A stretch of DNA of 64,000 nucleotides from an uncultured bacterium (GCA_963851445.1 CAWKPH010000001.1:297363-361362), one strand, 5' to 3'. Shown: positions 1-10,869, counted from the stretch's first letter. Translations and numbers: made by a program. The notes: generated from the sequence alone by a model not told the origin.

Positions 1-423
1 GCATCTGAGCGCTATCGCGATTCGACCGTTTCCGTGTTAGTACAAACACAAGATGGTTCTATAGTCGCACAAGCACAAACAACCGTCTCTCCCGTCGATC
101 CCATAACGCGCATATATGTAGATGACCCCCTTCTCGGGCCCCTATACAACAATGCACTATCGGGTACCGTTACTATGCCTGATGTAGAAGATACGTATCT
201 AGGTGTGCCGTATTATTTCTCTGAAGCACCCGCGCTTGAGTGGGATGTGAATGGAACAAATAGCGGAAGCTCTGGTGATCTAACCGTGCGCGCAACGGGA
301 AATGGTCCCGGAACTGCCGAGCTTTCCTTTACCGCAACACAAAGTGACACAACGCAAACAGCTAACAGCACTCTCGCGGTAAACTTCGGGCAATCATCTG
401 GGGGAGGATTCTTTGGCCTATGA
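1..423 (+). CDS. Hypothetical secreted Ig-like protein, probably 5'-partial
   Basis: Open frame near the window edge, Thr/Ser/Gly-rich beta-strand composition, stop overlaps the next start. Confidence 0.6.
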   Translation, partial: ASERYRDSTVSVLVQTQDGSIVAQAQTTVSPVDPITRIYVDDPLLGPLYNNALSGTVTMPDVEDTYLGVPYYFSEAPALEWDVNGTNSGSSGDLTVRATGNGPGTAELSFTATQSDTTQTANSTLAVNFGQSSGGGFFGL

Positions 424-1472
424 AAAAATATCTAACAATCCTCTTTTTTTTATGCGCTAGTTTCGGTATCGGAATAGCTGTTGTACACGCACAAGCCACA
501 TGTCCAAGTGGTTACACAATGGATGCTCTTGGCGGATGTGATCCCACCTCTTCTGTTGTTACCACAGGCGGGCCTGGCCAAGCCGCAGTACCGCTAAGCC
601 AAACGCCTACCGCGCAGACCTCTGGACCCGTGGCGCCCACAACTTCGGCGGCACCTACCCAACCAGCAGCAGGTGCGGGAGGTACTTCAGGTAACTTTGT
701 ACCTCTTACACAAATCCCAGCGATCAGCGCAATTGCATCAAATCAAAATCAGGGCCTGGCAAATTTTCTTCAGACACTTTATCAATATTGCATTGGCATC
801 GCTGCGGCACTTGCAGTTATTATGATCACCTGGGCAGGTCTTACTTGGATGTCAGCAGGAGATAATACAGAGCAAATAAGTCAGGCAAAAAAACGAATTC
901 AGGATGCTATTTTTGGACTTGTTCTCGTACTTTCACCAACCATTGTGTTCGGAATCATCAATCCGGGTGTCCTCAATGTCAACATAGGCCCTGACATTCA
1001 GAATCTTCAACCTTCGACAAATGGTTCGTCATTTACCCTCGATCCCTCAGTGGGAGATAATACGTGTAGCTTTAGTTGTTCCGCGGGATATATCTGTCAG
1101 CAGGGACAATGCGTTGCTAACACCAGTGCTATACCTGCAAATGCGGCACCTATTCCAAACGGAGGAGCGGCAGTTACGCCAGCCCAACAAGCGCAATGTG
1201 CACAGCAACCGGGATGCGCGGTAGGGGTTTCATCAACCATCAATCCCAATACTGGACTTCCTTCAGATATTTGTAGTTGTACTACTTCTACCATTCAATC
1301 CACAGGCCAAATAAATCCGGGTTGCTCTCCGATAGCTAATGGCGCCGTTCTCACCGATGATGGAAGTGGCCAACAATCAAGCTGTTGCATGCATCAGCCC
1401 GGGTATCAGGTGACCTCGCAGACTAACCCACAGACTCTCACAATGACCTATTATTGTACCCAAGGATCATGA
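420..1472 (+). CDS. CPR-type pilin (TrbC/VirB2-like two-helix core) with Cys-rich C-terminal repeats
   Basis: Signal peptide, then 'IGIAAALAVIMITWAGLTWMSAGDNTEQISQAKKRIQDAIFGLVLVL' pilin signature and several Cys clusters. Confidence 0.75.
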   Translation: MKKYLTILFFLCASFGIGIAVVHAQATCPSGYTMDALGGCDPTSSVVTTGGPGQAAVPLSQTPTAQTSGPVAPTTSAAPTQPAAGAGGTSGNFVPLTQIPAISAIASNQNQGLANFLQTLYQYCIGIAAALAVIMITWAGLTWMSAGDNTEQISQAKKRIQDAIFGLVLVLSPTIVFGIINPGVLNVNIGPDIQNLQPSTNGSSFTLDPSVGDNTCSFSCSAGYICQQGQCVANTSAIPANAAPIPNGGAAVTPAQQAQCAQQPGCAVGVSSTINPNTGLPSDICSCTTSTIQSTGQINPGCSPIANGAVLTDDGSGQQSSCCMHQPGYQVTSQTNPQTLTMTYYCTQGS

Positions 1473-2710
1473 AGCGCGCCCTTATTACCATTGCAATAAT
1501 CATTCTCATCATCGGTACCGTTGGTGCTATTTATTTCTTTTTCTTTTTGCCATCTGCGCCGCATCTTGCGGTAGGAAATCCGTTTGGTGATACGGGTTCA
1601 GGTACCGTTGGAAGTACCACCACTCCTACAGGAGAGGCTGCGCAAGGAGCGGGTACCCAAGTCGCACCAAACCTTGTTGAGATAACTGCAGGCCCGGTGG
1701 CAGAGGGTTTTGTGTCATTTGATGTCGCACCCACATTTTCGACAACCACTTCGCTCGAAGGTACTTCGACCAACGGTTCTACGATAGTTTCTTCATCTAC
1801 TCCGGGTGATGTAGAAATACGATACATCGATCGTGAAAGCGGAAACGTCTATGAATATGGTGCGCTCTCACGCACGCTTACGCGTCTATCAGATAAAACG
1901 CTTCCAGGAAGCCAACAAGCATCCTGGCTTTCTGACGGTTCGATCGCTTTTGTACGCTTTCTTGCTTCGGTTAATGGCTCCGAGGAGCTTAACACCTATG
2001 CACTTCCTTTTGATGGAAATGGAGGGTATTTTCTCCAGGAAGGTCTTGATGAAGCAGTGGTAACTCCCTCGAATACGCTCTTTACTCTCGAAGCGGGCAC
2101 GGATAGTTCTGTAGGAACGGTCATGCACGCTGATGGAACTAATTCTCAAACGGTATTTACATCGCCTCTTGCTGGCTTGCATGTATTTCCTACTGCAAAT
2201 GGATACATAGCTGCAACGAAGGCTGCTTCTGAGCTCCAAGGGTATGCCTTTACCATAGGTTCAACCGGAAGCTTTATTCCTATCCTGGGCCCACTTGATG
2301 GCCTTACTATACTTCCAAGCCCGTCAGGAAACCTAATTCTATACAGTTATACGGATGGAACAGAACTCCATATGGGTGTTCTTAACCTTTCTACAGGCTC
2401 TGAAACGCCGCTTCCTATTGCTACACTCGCTGAGAAATGTGTATGGACCTCTGATGAGAGTTCCCTTTACTGCGCGATTCCCACATCCTTTAACGGAAAT
2501 CTCCCTGATGATTGGTATCAAGGCGCTGTTTCGTTTAGTGACCGTATTTGGAATATCAACCTTAACAGCCGCCTCGCAACGCTCGTCCTTGATCCAACAT
2601 CTTCGGTGAAGAGTGGTATTGATGCAATAAGTCTTACGTTAGACGCAAATTCTCAGATACTGACATTTATGAATAAGAAAGATGGTTCGTTATGGGCCTA
2701 TACGTTGTAA
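1469..2710 (+). CDS. Membrane-anchored protein, probable beta-propeller
   Basis: N-terminal TM helix and repeated beta-rich motifs; ATG overlaps the previous stop. Confidence 0.65.
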   Translation: MKRALITIAIIILIIGTVGAIYFFFFLPSAPHLAVGNPFGDTGSGTVGSTTTPTGEAAQGAGTQVAPNLVEITAGPVAEGFVSFDVAPTFSTTTSLEGTSTNGSTIVSSSTPGDVEIRYIDRESGNVYEYGALSRTLTRLSDKTLPGSQQASWLSDGSIAFVRFLASVNGSEELNTYALPFDGNGGYFLQEGLDEAVVTPSNTLFTLEAGTDSSVGTVMHADGTNSQTVFTSPLAGLHVFPTANGYIAATKAASELQGYAFTIGSTGSFIPILGPLDGLTILPSPSGNLILYSYTDGTELHMGVLNLSTGSETPLPIATLAEKCVWTSDESSLYCAIPTSFNGNLPDDWYQGAVSFSDRIWNINLNSRLATLVLDPTSSVKSGIDAISLTLDANSQILTFMNKKDGSLWAYTL

Positions 2711-2715
2711 GATTT

Positions 2716-3486
2716 TTATTTCTTTGACTTTTGTGGAGGTAGGAGAGCAGCGGGTATGTTCGGCTTGAGTACAGTTCGCACGAGAAATTCTTGAAAAAGA
2801 GTGAAGAGGTTAGTGGTGATGAGATAGAGTGCAACTGCTCCTGAAGTGTAGGCGATGAAACCAAAGACGATGGGATAGACAAATCGCACCTGGAGCGCCA
2901 TGGCACGTCCGAATTCAGCCTGCATCGAATCGGGGGTAGCACCTTTGGGTTGTTTTGGCGGAATTGGAAAAGAGAATTGTGCTTGGAAGAACTGCGTCGC
3001 TGCAGTAATGAGCGCAAGTAATATGTTTGGCTTTGAAAGTAGGAATATTCCAAGGAAAAGTGGTGAGAGTACAGAAGGTGCGTGTACAAACGAGTACATG
3101 AGCATGGTATTCACAGTCGTAAGCGACTCGTGACGAACCATAAAGTAGAGCGAGAAGAGAATTGGAAGTTGGATGAATAGCGTCAATATACTCGCAAAAG
3201 GCCGTACCTTGTATTTCTTATAGAGCGCGAAGGTTTCTCTGGCTTGTTTTTCTTTATCGTCCTTATATTTATCTTGGAGGGCTTTAATTTCTGGATTAAT
3301 CGCCTGCATGACACGCTGCGTCTGTACGGCGGAAAGTGAAAGTGGAAATATGATTAGCCGTACGATGAGTGTCACACAAATGAGTGCGAGCCCCACATCG
3401 CTGTGCGGCATAAGGCCCGCAAGAAAAACGAGGAGGTTGTAGATCGGTATGTAGAGAATCGTGTGGAAGAACGTAATAATTATCAT
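2716..3486 (-). CDS. yidC: Membrane protein insertase YidC
   Basis: 'TLIVRLIIFPL...INPEIKALQDKYK...IQLPI' motifs; rpmH-rnpA-yidC synteny. Confidence 0.93.
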   Translation of the reverse strand: MIIITFFHTILYIPIYNLLVFLAGLMPHSDVGLALICVTLIVRLIIFPLSLSAVQTQRVMQAINPEIKALQDKYKDDKEKQARETFALYKKYKVRPFASILTLFIQLPILFSLYFMVRHESLTTVNTMLMYSFVHAPSVLSPLFLGIFLLSKPNILLALITAATQFFQAQFSFPIPPKQPKGATPDSMQAEFGRAMALQVRFVYPIVFGFIAYTSGAVALYLITTNLFTLFQEFLVRTVLKPNIPAALLPPQKSKK

Positions 3487-3824
3487 GAAATGGGAGTTGG
3501 GTGAGTGAGTCGATTGAGTAGTGTGTGAAGTTCGCCAGAGAGTTCGGTAAAAGAGAGTGCGCTGCTACCTTCTCGAGCATACACGATTAGTGAGCCCTCT
3601 GGGACATCCACCGCTCGTATAACTTCGCTTACGCGGCGCTTGAGGAGGTGGCGTTTGACCGCGCTCTTCTCTATTTTTTTTGAGATAACTATAGCTGAAC
3701 CACTCTTTTCAGTCTTTCGAATAAACACGATAGAAAAGTGAGTACTGGCAAGGCGTTTTGTGTCTGCCGTATGAGAAACAGCCTCAAAATCAGCCCTTTT
3801 AAGCCGTTCCCGGCGCTCTGCCAT
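3483..3824 (-). CDS. rnpA: Ribonuclease P protein component
   Basis: 'ISKKIEKSAVKRHLLKRR' RNR-like motif; synteny. Confidence 0.9.
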   Translation of the reverse strand: MAERRERLKRADFEAVSHTADTKRLASTHFSIVFIRKTEKSGSAIVISKKIEKSAVKRHLLKRRVSEVIRAVDVPEGSLIVYAREGSSALSFTELSGELHTLLNRLTHPTPIS

Positions 3825-3826
3825 GG

Positions 3827-3964
3827 TTATACCGTGAGGGCTGCACGGCCCTTGCGGCGACGGCGCTGGAGCACTTTCTTGCCACCAGGAGTAGCACTGC
3901 GTACGAGAAAGCCGTGCGTTGTCGCGCGTTTTCGTTTCTTTGGTTGATAGGTTCGTTTTGGCAT
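3827..3964 (-). CDS. rpmH: 50S ribosomal protein L34
   Basis: [40 protein letters not shown]. Confidence 0.97.
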   Translation of the reverse strand: MPKRTYQPKKRKRATTHGFLVRSATPGGKKVLQRRRRKGRAALTV

Positions 3965-3980
3965 GGTCAGAATAGATGCG

Positions 3981-3989
3981 TTATCCACA
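3981..3989 (+). promoter_or_regulatory. Perfect DnaA box between rpmH and dnaA
   Basis: TTATCCACA. Confidence 0.85.
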
Positions 3990-4080
3990 GGATAGTAACA
4001 GGTTGCATGAAAGTGTGCAAGAAATAGCCTGATTTTTCTTTTGCTGTTGCGCGAGCACAAAGACAGGTATACTACCCCTC

Positions 4081-5445
4081 ATGGAACGAACTATGGATCG
4101 AACTGATCCACATGAACTTTGGGAACAAGTGCTTACGCAAGTCGAACTTTCAATTTCTCCCGCTAATTTCAACACCTGGTTCCGTGATAGCTCCATAATC
4201 AAGATCGAAGATGGGATCGTCCATGTAGGCGTACCGAGCCAATTCTTCCGGGATTGGTATCTCAAGAAATTCAATTCTCTTCTTTTGAGGATAATCCGTG
4301 GTGTTTCTTATGAATATCGTAATATCGAGTACCAAATTGTTAAGGATGTGGCTCGAAAAGCCAAGGAAATGCGACGCCCCGCGGTCCGACCAACTATGGA
4401 GATGCCGCTCGACGAATTCTATATAAACAAAAGTGATAATCTGAATCCTCGTTACACATTTGATACGTTTGTAGTCGGTTCTTTCAACGAACTTGCCTAC
4501 ACCGCCGCACAGGCAGCTATACGACGTCCAGGAATTACCTATAATCCATTCTTTATTTACGGTGAGACGGGTCGAGGCAAGACTCATCTAATCCAGGCGA
4601 TAGGAAACCAGTACAAGAAACTCTACCCTAATCGTAAGGTTTTTTATCTCACATCTGAGAAATTCGCTATTGATTATACGGATTCTCTCCAGGCAGGAAC
4701 CACAAATCGATTTAAGGAAAAATATCGCCAATATGATCTCTTGATTATGGACGATGTGCAGTTTCTTTCGAAGAAAGAAAAGACTGAGGAGGAACTTTTC
4801 CATCTTTTTAATACCTTATATGACAATAACAAGCAGATTATCTTCTCCTCTGACCGTCCGCCAGCTTGCAATTGCAGATATCGCGGACCGACTCAAGGGA
4901 CGCCTCGCAAGTGGTATGACTATTGATATCGGTGAACCTGATCGCGAGTCGCGGATGATGATTGTTCGTAAAAAAGCGGCACAAAATGGTGTCATCCTTT
5001 CTGATGAGGTTGTTGAGTATGTTGCGAGTTCGGTTTCAGGTAGTATCCGTGAGCTTGAGGGAGTATAAACTCGATCGTTTGTCACACACAAATGAAGGGT
5101 ACTCCGCCTGACATCGCGGAAATTCGTCAATCGCTTCGCTCTTTCTCACGTCCACAAAAAACAGTTTCAGTTAAGCATGTTGTTTCAAAGGTTGCTGAGT
5201 TTTATGGAATTGATGAGGAGAGTATTTATGAGAAGACACGTAGAAGGGAAGTGGTGCGTCCACGCCAGGTGATTATGTATATCCTTCGTGAAGATTTCAG
5301 TGTTTCGTATCCAACCATCGGAAATAAGCTGGGGGGTCGTGATCACACGACCGTCATTCACTCCTGTGAAAAAGTTAAGAGCGAAATAGCAACTGATACT
5401 GAACTTGCTAAAGAAATACAGGATATTCGTACGCTTTTAGTTTGA
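4081..5445 (+). CDS. dnaA: Chromosomal replication initiator DnaA, with two compensating frameshifts (~4866 and ~5064)
   Basis: GETGRGKTHL Walker A, DDVQF Walker B, RELEG, RDHTTV. Three ORF pieces join into one protein and the first and last pieces share a frame. Confidence 0.95.
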
Positions 5446-5736
5446 TTTTTGTTTTACTAGGGTAGAATTATTATCCTTTCTCTTTGTGGTGGATAACTAT
5501 GGGGATAAGTAGCTGCATATTGTGTGTGAATTAAGTGTATAAGTCTGGAAAAACTCTTAGCAGACTGTTGGGAAGTTTTGAGCATATTGTATTTACTCAC
5601 AGGTTGTCATATAAATCATCTGGAATTCTTAGAGTTTTCAACAAGATAGCCAAAGGTATCCAAGCTATTTGAAACCATATATACTAGAGATATTAGAGTT
5701 TTCCACTAATCCACAGCCCTAATAGTATATGTATTT
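5446..5736. other. Probable oriC (dnaA-dnaN intergenic region)
   Basis: AT-rich non-coding gap with near-consensus DnaA boxes GGTGGATAA 5488, TGGGGATAA 5500 and TAATCCACA 5707. Confidence 0.75.
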
Positions 5737-6837
5737 ATGATTATTTCTGTAGATAAAAAAGAATTCGCGGAGGCTGTGGGGAGTGTATCCCGTTTTGCAG
5801 AACGACGATCAACAACATTACCGGTTCTTGCAGGGATAGTTATTGTTGCAGGTGACGATGGAATAAAATTACGCGCAACAAACTTGGAGAGTGGTATTGA
5901 GCGAAAAGTAAACGGAACTATAAAAGATCCTGGGGTTGTGGCGCTCCAAGCAAATACACTTCGCGAAATTACTTCTTCATTTACAGGTACAGGAACAATC
6001 ACTCTAGAGCATGCTGGTGATACAATCGTTATTTCCTCTGGAACGGGCCGTAGCACTCTTAAAACACTTCCGTATGAAGACTTCCCTGTTTTGCCATTTC
6101 CCGATGCCTCACACGCAAAATTTTCAATTCTTGGAAGTCAATTAAAAACACTTATTAGTACTGTTGCTTCATTTGCGTCACCCTCAACTGTGCGACCAGA
6201 ACTTGGTAGTGTTCTTATTTCTGCAGAAGGAGGATCGATTAAAGCAGTTGCTACCGATTCATTTCGATTAGCCGAGAAAAAATTACCTCTTTCTGGCACT
6301 GTTACCCCATTTTCGCTTCTTATTCCAGCAAAAAATGCACTTGATATTATGCAAGCGCTTCCAGACGACACTATAGAAGTTCGTAGTGACGAGCATCAAT
6401 GCGCTTTTTCCTGGAATATGGGCATGATTACCACACGCCTCGTCACCGTTTCGTATCCAGACTATACACAAATCATCCCCAAAGCCTTTATTTCAGAATT
6501 AACGCTACTACGAAAGGACCTTGAATCAGTACTCAGGCGATCCGCGGTCTTTTCTGACTCATTTCAGAAAGTACGATTTTCTTTTTCGCCGGGAGAAAAA
6601 CAGTTGACGATGCGCGCACAAAACAACGATGTAGGTGAATCATCTGAATCCCTTACAGCATCAGGAACGGGGGAGAGTATTGAACTTTCTTTCAATCATC
6701 GATACGTAGGTGCACCACTCCCACTATTAACCACCGAAAGCATAACTCTTTCTGCGAGTGGTATTGGGCGCGCTATGATAATGAAAGGAGTTGGCGACGC
6801 CTCGTTTCTATATCTTGTAATGCCAATGAATCAATAA
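5737..6837 (+). CDS. dnaN: DNA polymerase III beta clamp
   Basis: ATNLE, ATDSFRLA, YPDY and terminal YLVMPM motifs. Confidence 0.96.
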   Translation: MIISVDKKEFAEAVGSVSRFAERRSTTLPVLAGIVIVAGDDGIKLRATNLESGIERKVNGTIKDPGVVALQANTLREITSSFTGTGTITLEHAGDTIVISSGTGRSTLKTLPYEDFPVLPFPDASHAKFSILGSQLKTLISTVASFASPSTVRPELGSVLISAEGGSIKAVATDSFRLAEKKLPLSGTVTPFSLLIPAKNALDIMQALPDDTIEVRSDEHQCAFSWNMGMITTRLVTVSYPDYTQIIPKAFISELTLLRKDLESVLRRSAVFSDSFQKVRFSFSPGEKQLTMRAQNNDVGESSESLTASGTGESIELSFNHRYVGAPLPLLTTESITLSASGIGRAMIMKGVGDASFLYLVMPMNQ

Positions 6838-6842
6838 AATCT

Positions 6843-7094
6843 ATGGATTCTCTAAGCAATCTCCTACTCAAATATCATATTCCTGGAGTTAGAGCTGCTG
6901 AAAACCGGCGTATTTGTGTTGAAGAGATTAGTGCACTAAGCGGAGTTCCCGTCACCTCAAAACAGGTGCAATACAAAAACGAAACATTGTTTCTTAGCGT
7001 TTCCCCTGTCCTAAAATCAGCACTATATCTGAAACAAGTAGAACTCAAACAAAAACTTCTAGATCGAGGCGTCTTAATTAAATCTTTTAAATAG
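6843..7094 (+). CDS. Small protein, possibly DciA/DUF721-like
   Basis: 'YKNETLFLSVSPVLKSALYLKQVELKQKL' resembles the DciA KH-like core; lies after dnaN. Confidence 0.45.
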   Translation: MDSLSNLLLKYHIPGVRAAENRRICVEEISALSGVPVTSKQVQYKNETLFLSVSPVLKSALYLKQVELKQKLLDRGVLIKSFK

Positions 7095-9306
7095 AAGAAG
7101 GCAGGGTAGTAGTTGTGGTGGTAATAGGAGTTGTCGAACTTATTGTAGTGGTTCCAAGAGAGTTTGCTCCTGCTCCAGCAAGCCACTGCTGGAGAGGATA
7201 CTCCCAGTATGCGTATTGGGGATCGCTTGCGGGATTTGCCGGAGGCCCAGCAAGAGGGTTGTTCCTTTGCACCCAGTACAAAAGTTCATGAATAGCGATA
7301 GTGCCGTTTGAAAGTGGCACTTGATAGATACCCTTCAAAACATCTGGCGCATTCGTTGGTATTGCTCGCGGCGCACCAAAGTACTCGACTGGATATTTCG
7401 CAAGAGCCACCTGCATGAAGGCATTCCACATCGGAGCGACAATATATCCTGCAATGTTTTTTACCATAGGAGTATTGTCGTTATTTCCAGCCCAGGTTCC
7501 AACGGCAATACTTGGGGTATATCCAATAGTCCATGCGTCACGCGAATCATTTGTGGTACCTGTTTTTGCGGCAACGTCATATCCTGGGAAATAGAAAGGA
7601 TTCACCGGAGGATACTCAGGTTGACGGGCGGCGTTGTTCGAGAGCATTGAGTTCATATCGTTTGCAACACCCGGATCAAGCACTTGTGCTGGATGCGGCG
7701 TGTACTGCTCAAGTACGGTCCCCTGAGGGTCAGTGATTTTTAGGATGCCCGTTGGAGGATTATAGACGCCATCATTAGCAAATGTTGCATATCCAGAAGT
7801 GAGATCAATAAGCCGCACATCTGCAGCACCGAGCGCAAACGAAAGCCCATATGAACTCGCAGGCCCAAGTGTAGTGATGCCCATACTCGTCGCAAGATTG
7901 ATGACGTTTTGTATGCCGGCAAGATAGAGAACCTTAACGGCAGGAACATTGATAGATTGCGCAAGCGCCGTGGTGAAAGTCATTGGCCCACGAAACATCC
8001 CATCATAGTTCACAGGGGCGTAACAAGGGGGCGTGTCGTTATAATTATCGCTTGGAGAACACGAGGTAGAGAACTGCGTTGGGAGATCCCAAATCACCGT
8101 TTCGGGGGTATACCCCTCGTTTAGTGCTGTCGCATACACAAAGGGTTTAAAGGAGGACCCTGGCTGACGAAGTCCAAGTGTTGCGTTATAACTTCCATCA
8201 ATTGTTGTATCAAAGTAATTGCGTGAACCAACCATGGCGAGTATCTGACCTGTCTTAGGGTCTATTGCTATGAGTGCTGCGTTACTTGCATTGAATGTTT
8301 TAGTGTTCGAAGCCGCATACTGACTCACAATAGATTGTGCCGCGTTTTGGAGACTCGTATCGAGTGTCGTAATGACTGTGAGCCCCTGATCTGCCACATT
8401 CGCGCCGTACTTATCCTCAAGATATTGTTGAATGTAAAAGACGAAATGTGGTGCGATGATCGAACTATCCTGCGGCGGATTGAATTTCACATTTTCATTA
8501 ACCGCTTGCTGGTACTGCGCGTCAGTAATATACCCATACTTTTTCATATTAGACAGTACAAGATTTTTACGATCTGTAAGCGCCGCCACGTTGTTGCCGT
8601 ACGGGGAATAGTACGTTGGTGACTGAGGGAGCGCGGCTAGATATGCGGCCTGGGCAAGGTCGATAGCATCCGCATCAACGCCGAAATACGAGCGGCTTGC
8701 CGCCTCAACGCCGTATAAATTACCACCATAAGGCGCGCTATTAAGATATAGGGCAAGAATTTCAGGCTTGGTATAGCGCTGCGCAAGTTTCCATGCAAGT
8801 ATCCACTCCTGCATTTTCCGAATGATACTCTTTTGTTGTGTGAGAAGACTATTCTTAACGACTTGCTGTGTCAGCGTCGAGCCACCTTCAACGAAACTAC
8901 GATTGATTATATCGACATACAATGAGCGGAGGATTGCGGTAAAAGAAATTGCGCCGTGCTGATAGAAACCCGCATCCTCAATAGAAATGGTTGCTTCTTG
9001 GATATAGGGCGTAGTACTTGCAAGGGGCACCACCTCCTGCTGAACATTCGTGTTCAGGTCGTAGAGAAGTGTCTGTCCCGTACGATCATAGATGCGCGTA
9101 GATTGCGCCGGCTGCTGCTCGATAAATGCATTTACATTAGGAAGAGGTGTGAAGGCTACCCACAAAAGTATGCCCGCAACAGCAATGAGACCAAGACCCG
9201 CAAGCACAAAAAATATTTTGAGTATCGGATGTGGATTATGAAAGAAGTCTTGGAAAAGACCTTGTCGACTCCGGGGCTTTTTTGGTGCAAAAGGATCTTT
9301 AGCCAT
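7087..9306 (-). CDS. Class A penicillin-binding protein (PBP1A family)
   Basis: EDAGFYQH, GGSTLTQQVVKN, QPGSSFKP, SIN and KTGT motifs. Confidence 0.95.
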   Translation of the reverse strand: MAKDPFAPKKPRSRQGLFQDFFHNPHPILKIFFVLAGLGLIAVAGILLWVAFTPLPNVNAFIEQQPAQSTRIYDRTGQTLLYDLNTNVQQEVVPLASTTPYIQEATISIEDAGFYQHGAISFTAILRSLYVDIINRSFVEGGSTLTQQVVKNSLLTQQKSIIRKMQEWILAWKLAQRYTKPEILALYLNSAPYGGNLYGVEAASRSYFGVDADAIDLAQAAYLAALPQSPTYYSPYGNNVAALTDRKNLVLSNMKKYGYITDAQYQQAVNENVKFNPPQDSSIIAPHFVFYIQQYLEDKYGANVADQGLTVITTLDTSLQNAAQSIVSQYAASNTKTFNASNAALIAIDPKTGQILAMVGSRNYFDTTIDGSYNATLGLRQPGSSFKPFVYATALNEGYTPETVIWDLPTQFSTSCSPSDNYNDTPPCYAPVNYDGMFRGPMTFTTALAQSINVPAVKVLYLAGIQNVINLATSMGITTLGPASSYGLSFALGAADVRLIDLTSGYATFANDGVYNPPTGILKITDPQGTVLEQYTPHPAQVLDPGVANDMNSMLSNNAARQPEYPPVNPFYFPGYDVAAKTGTTNDSRDAWTIGYTPSIAVGTWAGNNDNTPMVKNIAGYIVAPMWNAFMQVALAKYPVEYFGAPRAIPTNAPDVLKGIYQVPLSNGTIAIHELLYWVQRNNPLAGPPANPASDPQYAYWEYPLQQWLAGAGANSLGTTTISSTTPITTTTTTLPSSI

Positions 9307-9405
9307 ACTTCCCAAAGGGCAAGTGAATATATACAAATCTTATCACGAGAAGCCCTAGGATGAACGAAATTCATCCTAGGGCTCCATCACCCTCGAACAA
9401 AACTA

Positions 9406-9585
9406 CTAGACCGCTAAATCGTCGTCCTCATCAGTAGTGAAACCACTGTCAAGGATTTTTTTATCGTCATCCGTATCAAATTCATCATCTTCATCCTCGA
9501 GATCGAGATCATCCTCATCTTCGTCATCAGTCGGAAGCAAAGGACCTCCGTCCTCATCGAATTCCTCTGGATCAAAATCGGCCAT
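9406..9585 (-). CDS. Very acidic small protein
   Basis: MADFDPEEFDEDGGP..., about half Asp/Glu; isolated ORF. Confidence 0.6.
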   Translation of the reverse strand: MADFDPEEFDEDGGPLLPTDDEDEDDLDLEDEDDEFDTDDDKKILDSGFTTDEDDDLAV

Positions 9586-9669
9586 AGTACGTAAATTAAT
9601 TCGGTTAATTCTCGCCACAGCGAGGGCGACCCTCTATATGTAACAAACTATTCGGACTTTGCAAGATAG

Positions 9670-10155
9670 TTATATCCCCCCAACATGTGGATAGGATTTT
9701 GTAAGAGCCGCTATCGCAAGGGCAATTGCATCAAGCTCATCATCAAGACGTTTCTTCGGAGGTAGTTCTATCAATCGAGGCACCATAGTCATAACCGAGG
9801 TCTTATCAGCGGCACCATACCCAGTCACCGCAAGTTTTACTTCTTGAGGCGAGCACTCAATTACTTCAAGACTCGCTCTTCCTGCGGAGGCCAGCACTGC
9901 ACCACGTGCTTCTGCGACACCAATGGCCGTTTTCACATTCGTGCTAAAGAATATCGACTCGAGTGCAATCGCATCAGGCTGGTACTCTTGTATCGCTCGC
10001 TCGCTCGCTTGTTGCACAACCCCCAGACGTTCTTCCTTTTTACCCTTAGGCGGAAGGATGCAATCACTCCATATGTACGTTGGTTTACTTGGGTTGCCCT
10101 CAATGACCGCGATTCCCATACGGTCGTATCCCGGATCTATTGCGAGAATTCGCAT
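9670..10155 (-). CDS. ruvC: Holliday junction resolvase RuvC
   Basis: ILAIDPG, ESIFF, EARG, VKLAVTGYGAADK, DDELDA. Confidence 0.95.
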   Translation of the reverse strand: MRILAIDPGYDRMGIAVIEGNPSKPTYIWSDCILPPKGKKEERLGVVQQASERAIQEYQPDAIALESIFFSTNVKTAIGVAEARGAVLASAGRASLEVIECSPQEVKLAVTGYGAADKTSVMTMVPRLIELPPKKRLDDELDAIALAIAALTKSYPHVGGI

Positions 10156-10157
10156 GG

Positions 10158-10730
10158 CTATGTAGGCTGCGTGTCATCATCAGAGCTCTCATATCCGCGC
10201 GCGTTTGTATATACATGCTGCACATCCTCCTGCTCATCGAAGGCGGTGAGCATGAGCTCGAGCTTCGGTTCATCCGATTCGGCCATGTCCATGAGCGGTT
10301 CTTTTGGGGTATAGGAACCGTTAGGAGATTTGCTGAATGCCCAAAGTGCACTACCTTGTGTGCCAAGCTCGAAACCATTTTTTGTAATTAAATGCTTCAC
10401 CTCCTGGGTAGTCCGATTTTTGTTATCGGTGAGTGCATCTACAATGATCGCTACGCCGCCTGGACCATAAAACTCATACGTTACCTGATCAAGCTCGCCC
10501 GCATCTTTTGAAGTTCCTTTGGTAATAGCTCGTTCGATGTTGTCTTTAGGCATATTCGCTGCCCGAGCGCGTGCAACAGCACTTGCAAGACCTGGTGCAC
10601 TCGCGTTACCCCCAGCCTTCTTTGATTCAAGGGTAATAAGGCGCGCATACCGCGAAAAGGTTCTACTTTTTGCTGCGTCAGTTGCTGCTTTTTGGTGTTT
10701 TATCTGTGCCCATTTGTTGTGACCTGACAT
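10158..10730 (-). CDS. yebC: YebC/PmpR family protein (short form)
   Basis: MSGHNKWAQIKHQK, NMPKDNIERAI, YEFYGPGG, TDNKNRT. Confidence 0.95.
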   Translation of the reverse strand: MSGHNKWAQIKHQKAATDAAKSRTFSRYARLITLESKKAGGNASAPGLASAVARARAANMPKDNIERAITKGTSKDAGELDQVTYEFYGPGGVAIIVDALTDNKNRTTQEVKHLITKNGFELGTQGSALWAFSKSPNGSYTPKEPLMDMAESDEPKLELMLTAFDEQEDVQHVYTNARGYESSDDDTQPT

Positions 10731-10802
10731 GCATATACTATACGCCTCACCCAACATCACGTTAATATGCCACGCTATTCAATAGAGAACTGAAATATAA
10801 AA

Positions 10803-10852
10803 AAACCGCTGGAAGAGCACGGGAGTCTCCTCCACAGCTCTTCCAGCGGTTT
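10803..10852. terminator. 16-bp hairpin, probable terminator
   Basis: AAACCGCTGGAAGAGC...GCTCTTCCAGCGGTTT with an adjacent A-run (U-tract on the minus strand). Confidence 0.65.
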
Positions 10853-10869
10853 GTCGCGGGATCCTTGAA

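Noticed and set aside
4860-5070. dnaA split into three ORFs (possible programmed frameshift or pseudogene)
   Set aside because: One extra and one missing base restore a normal essential protein, no slippery site is present, and other indels in the window point to sequencing error.
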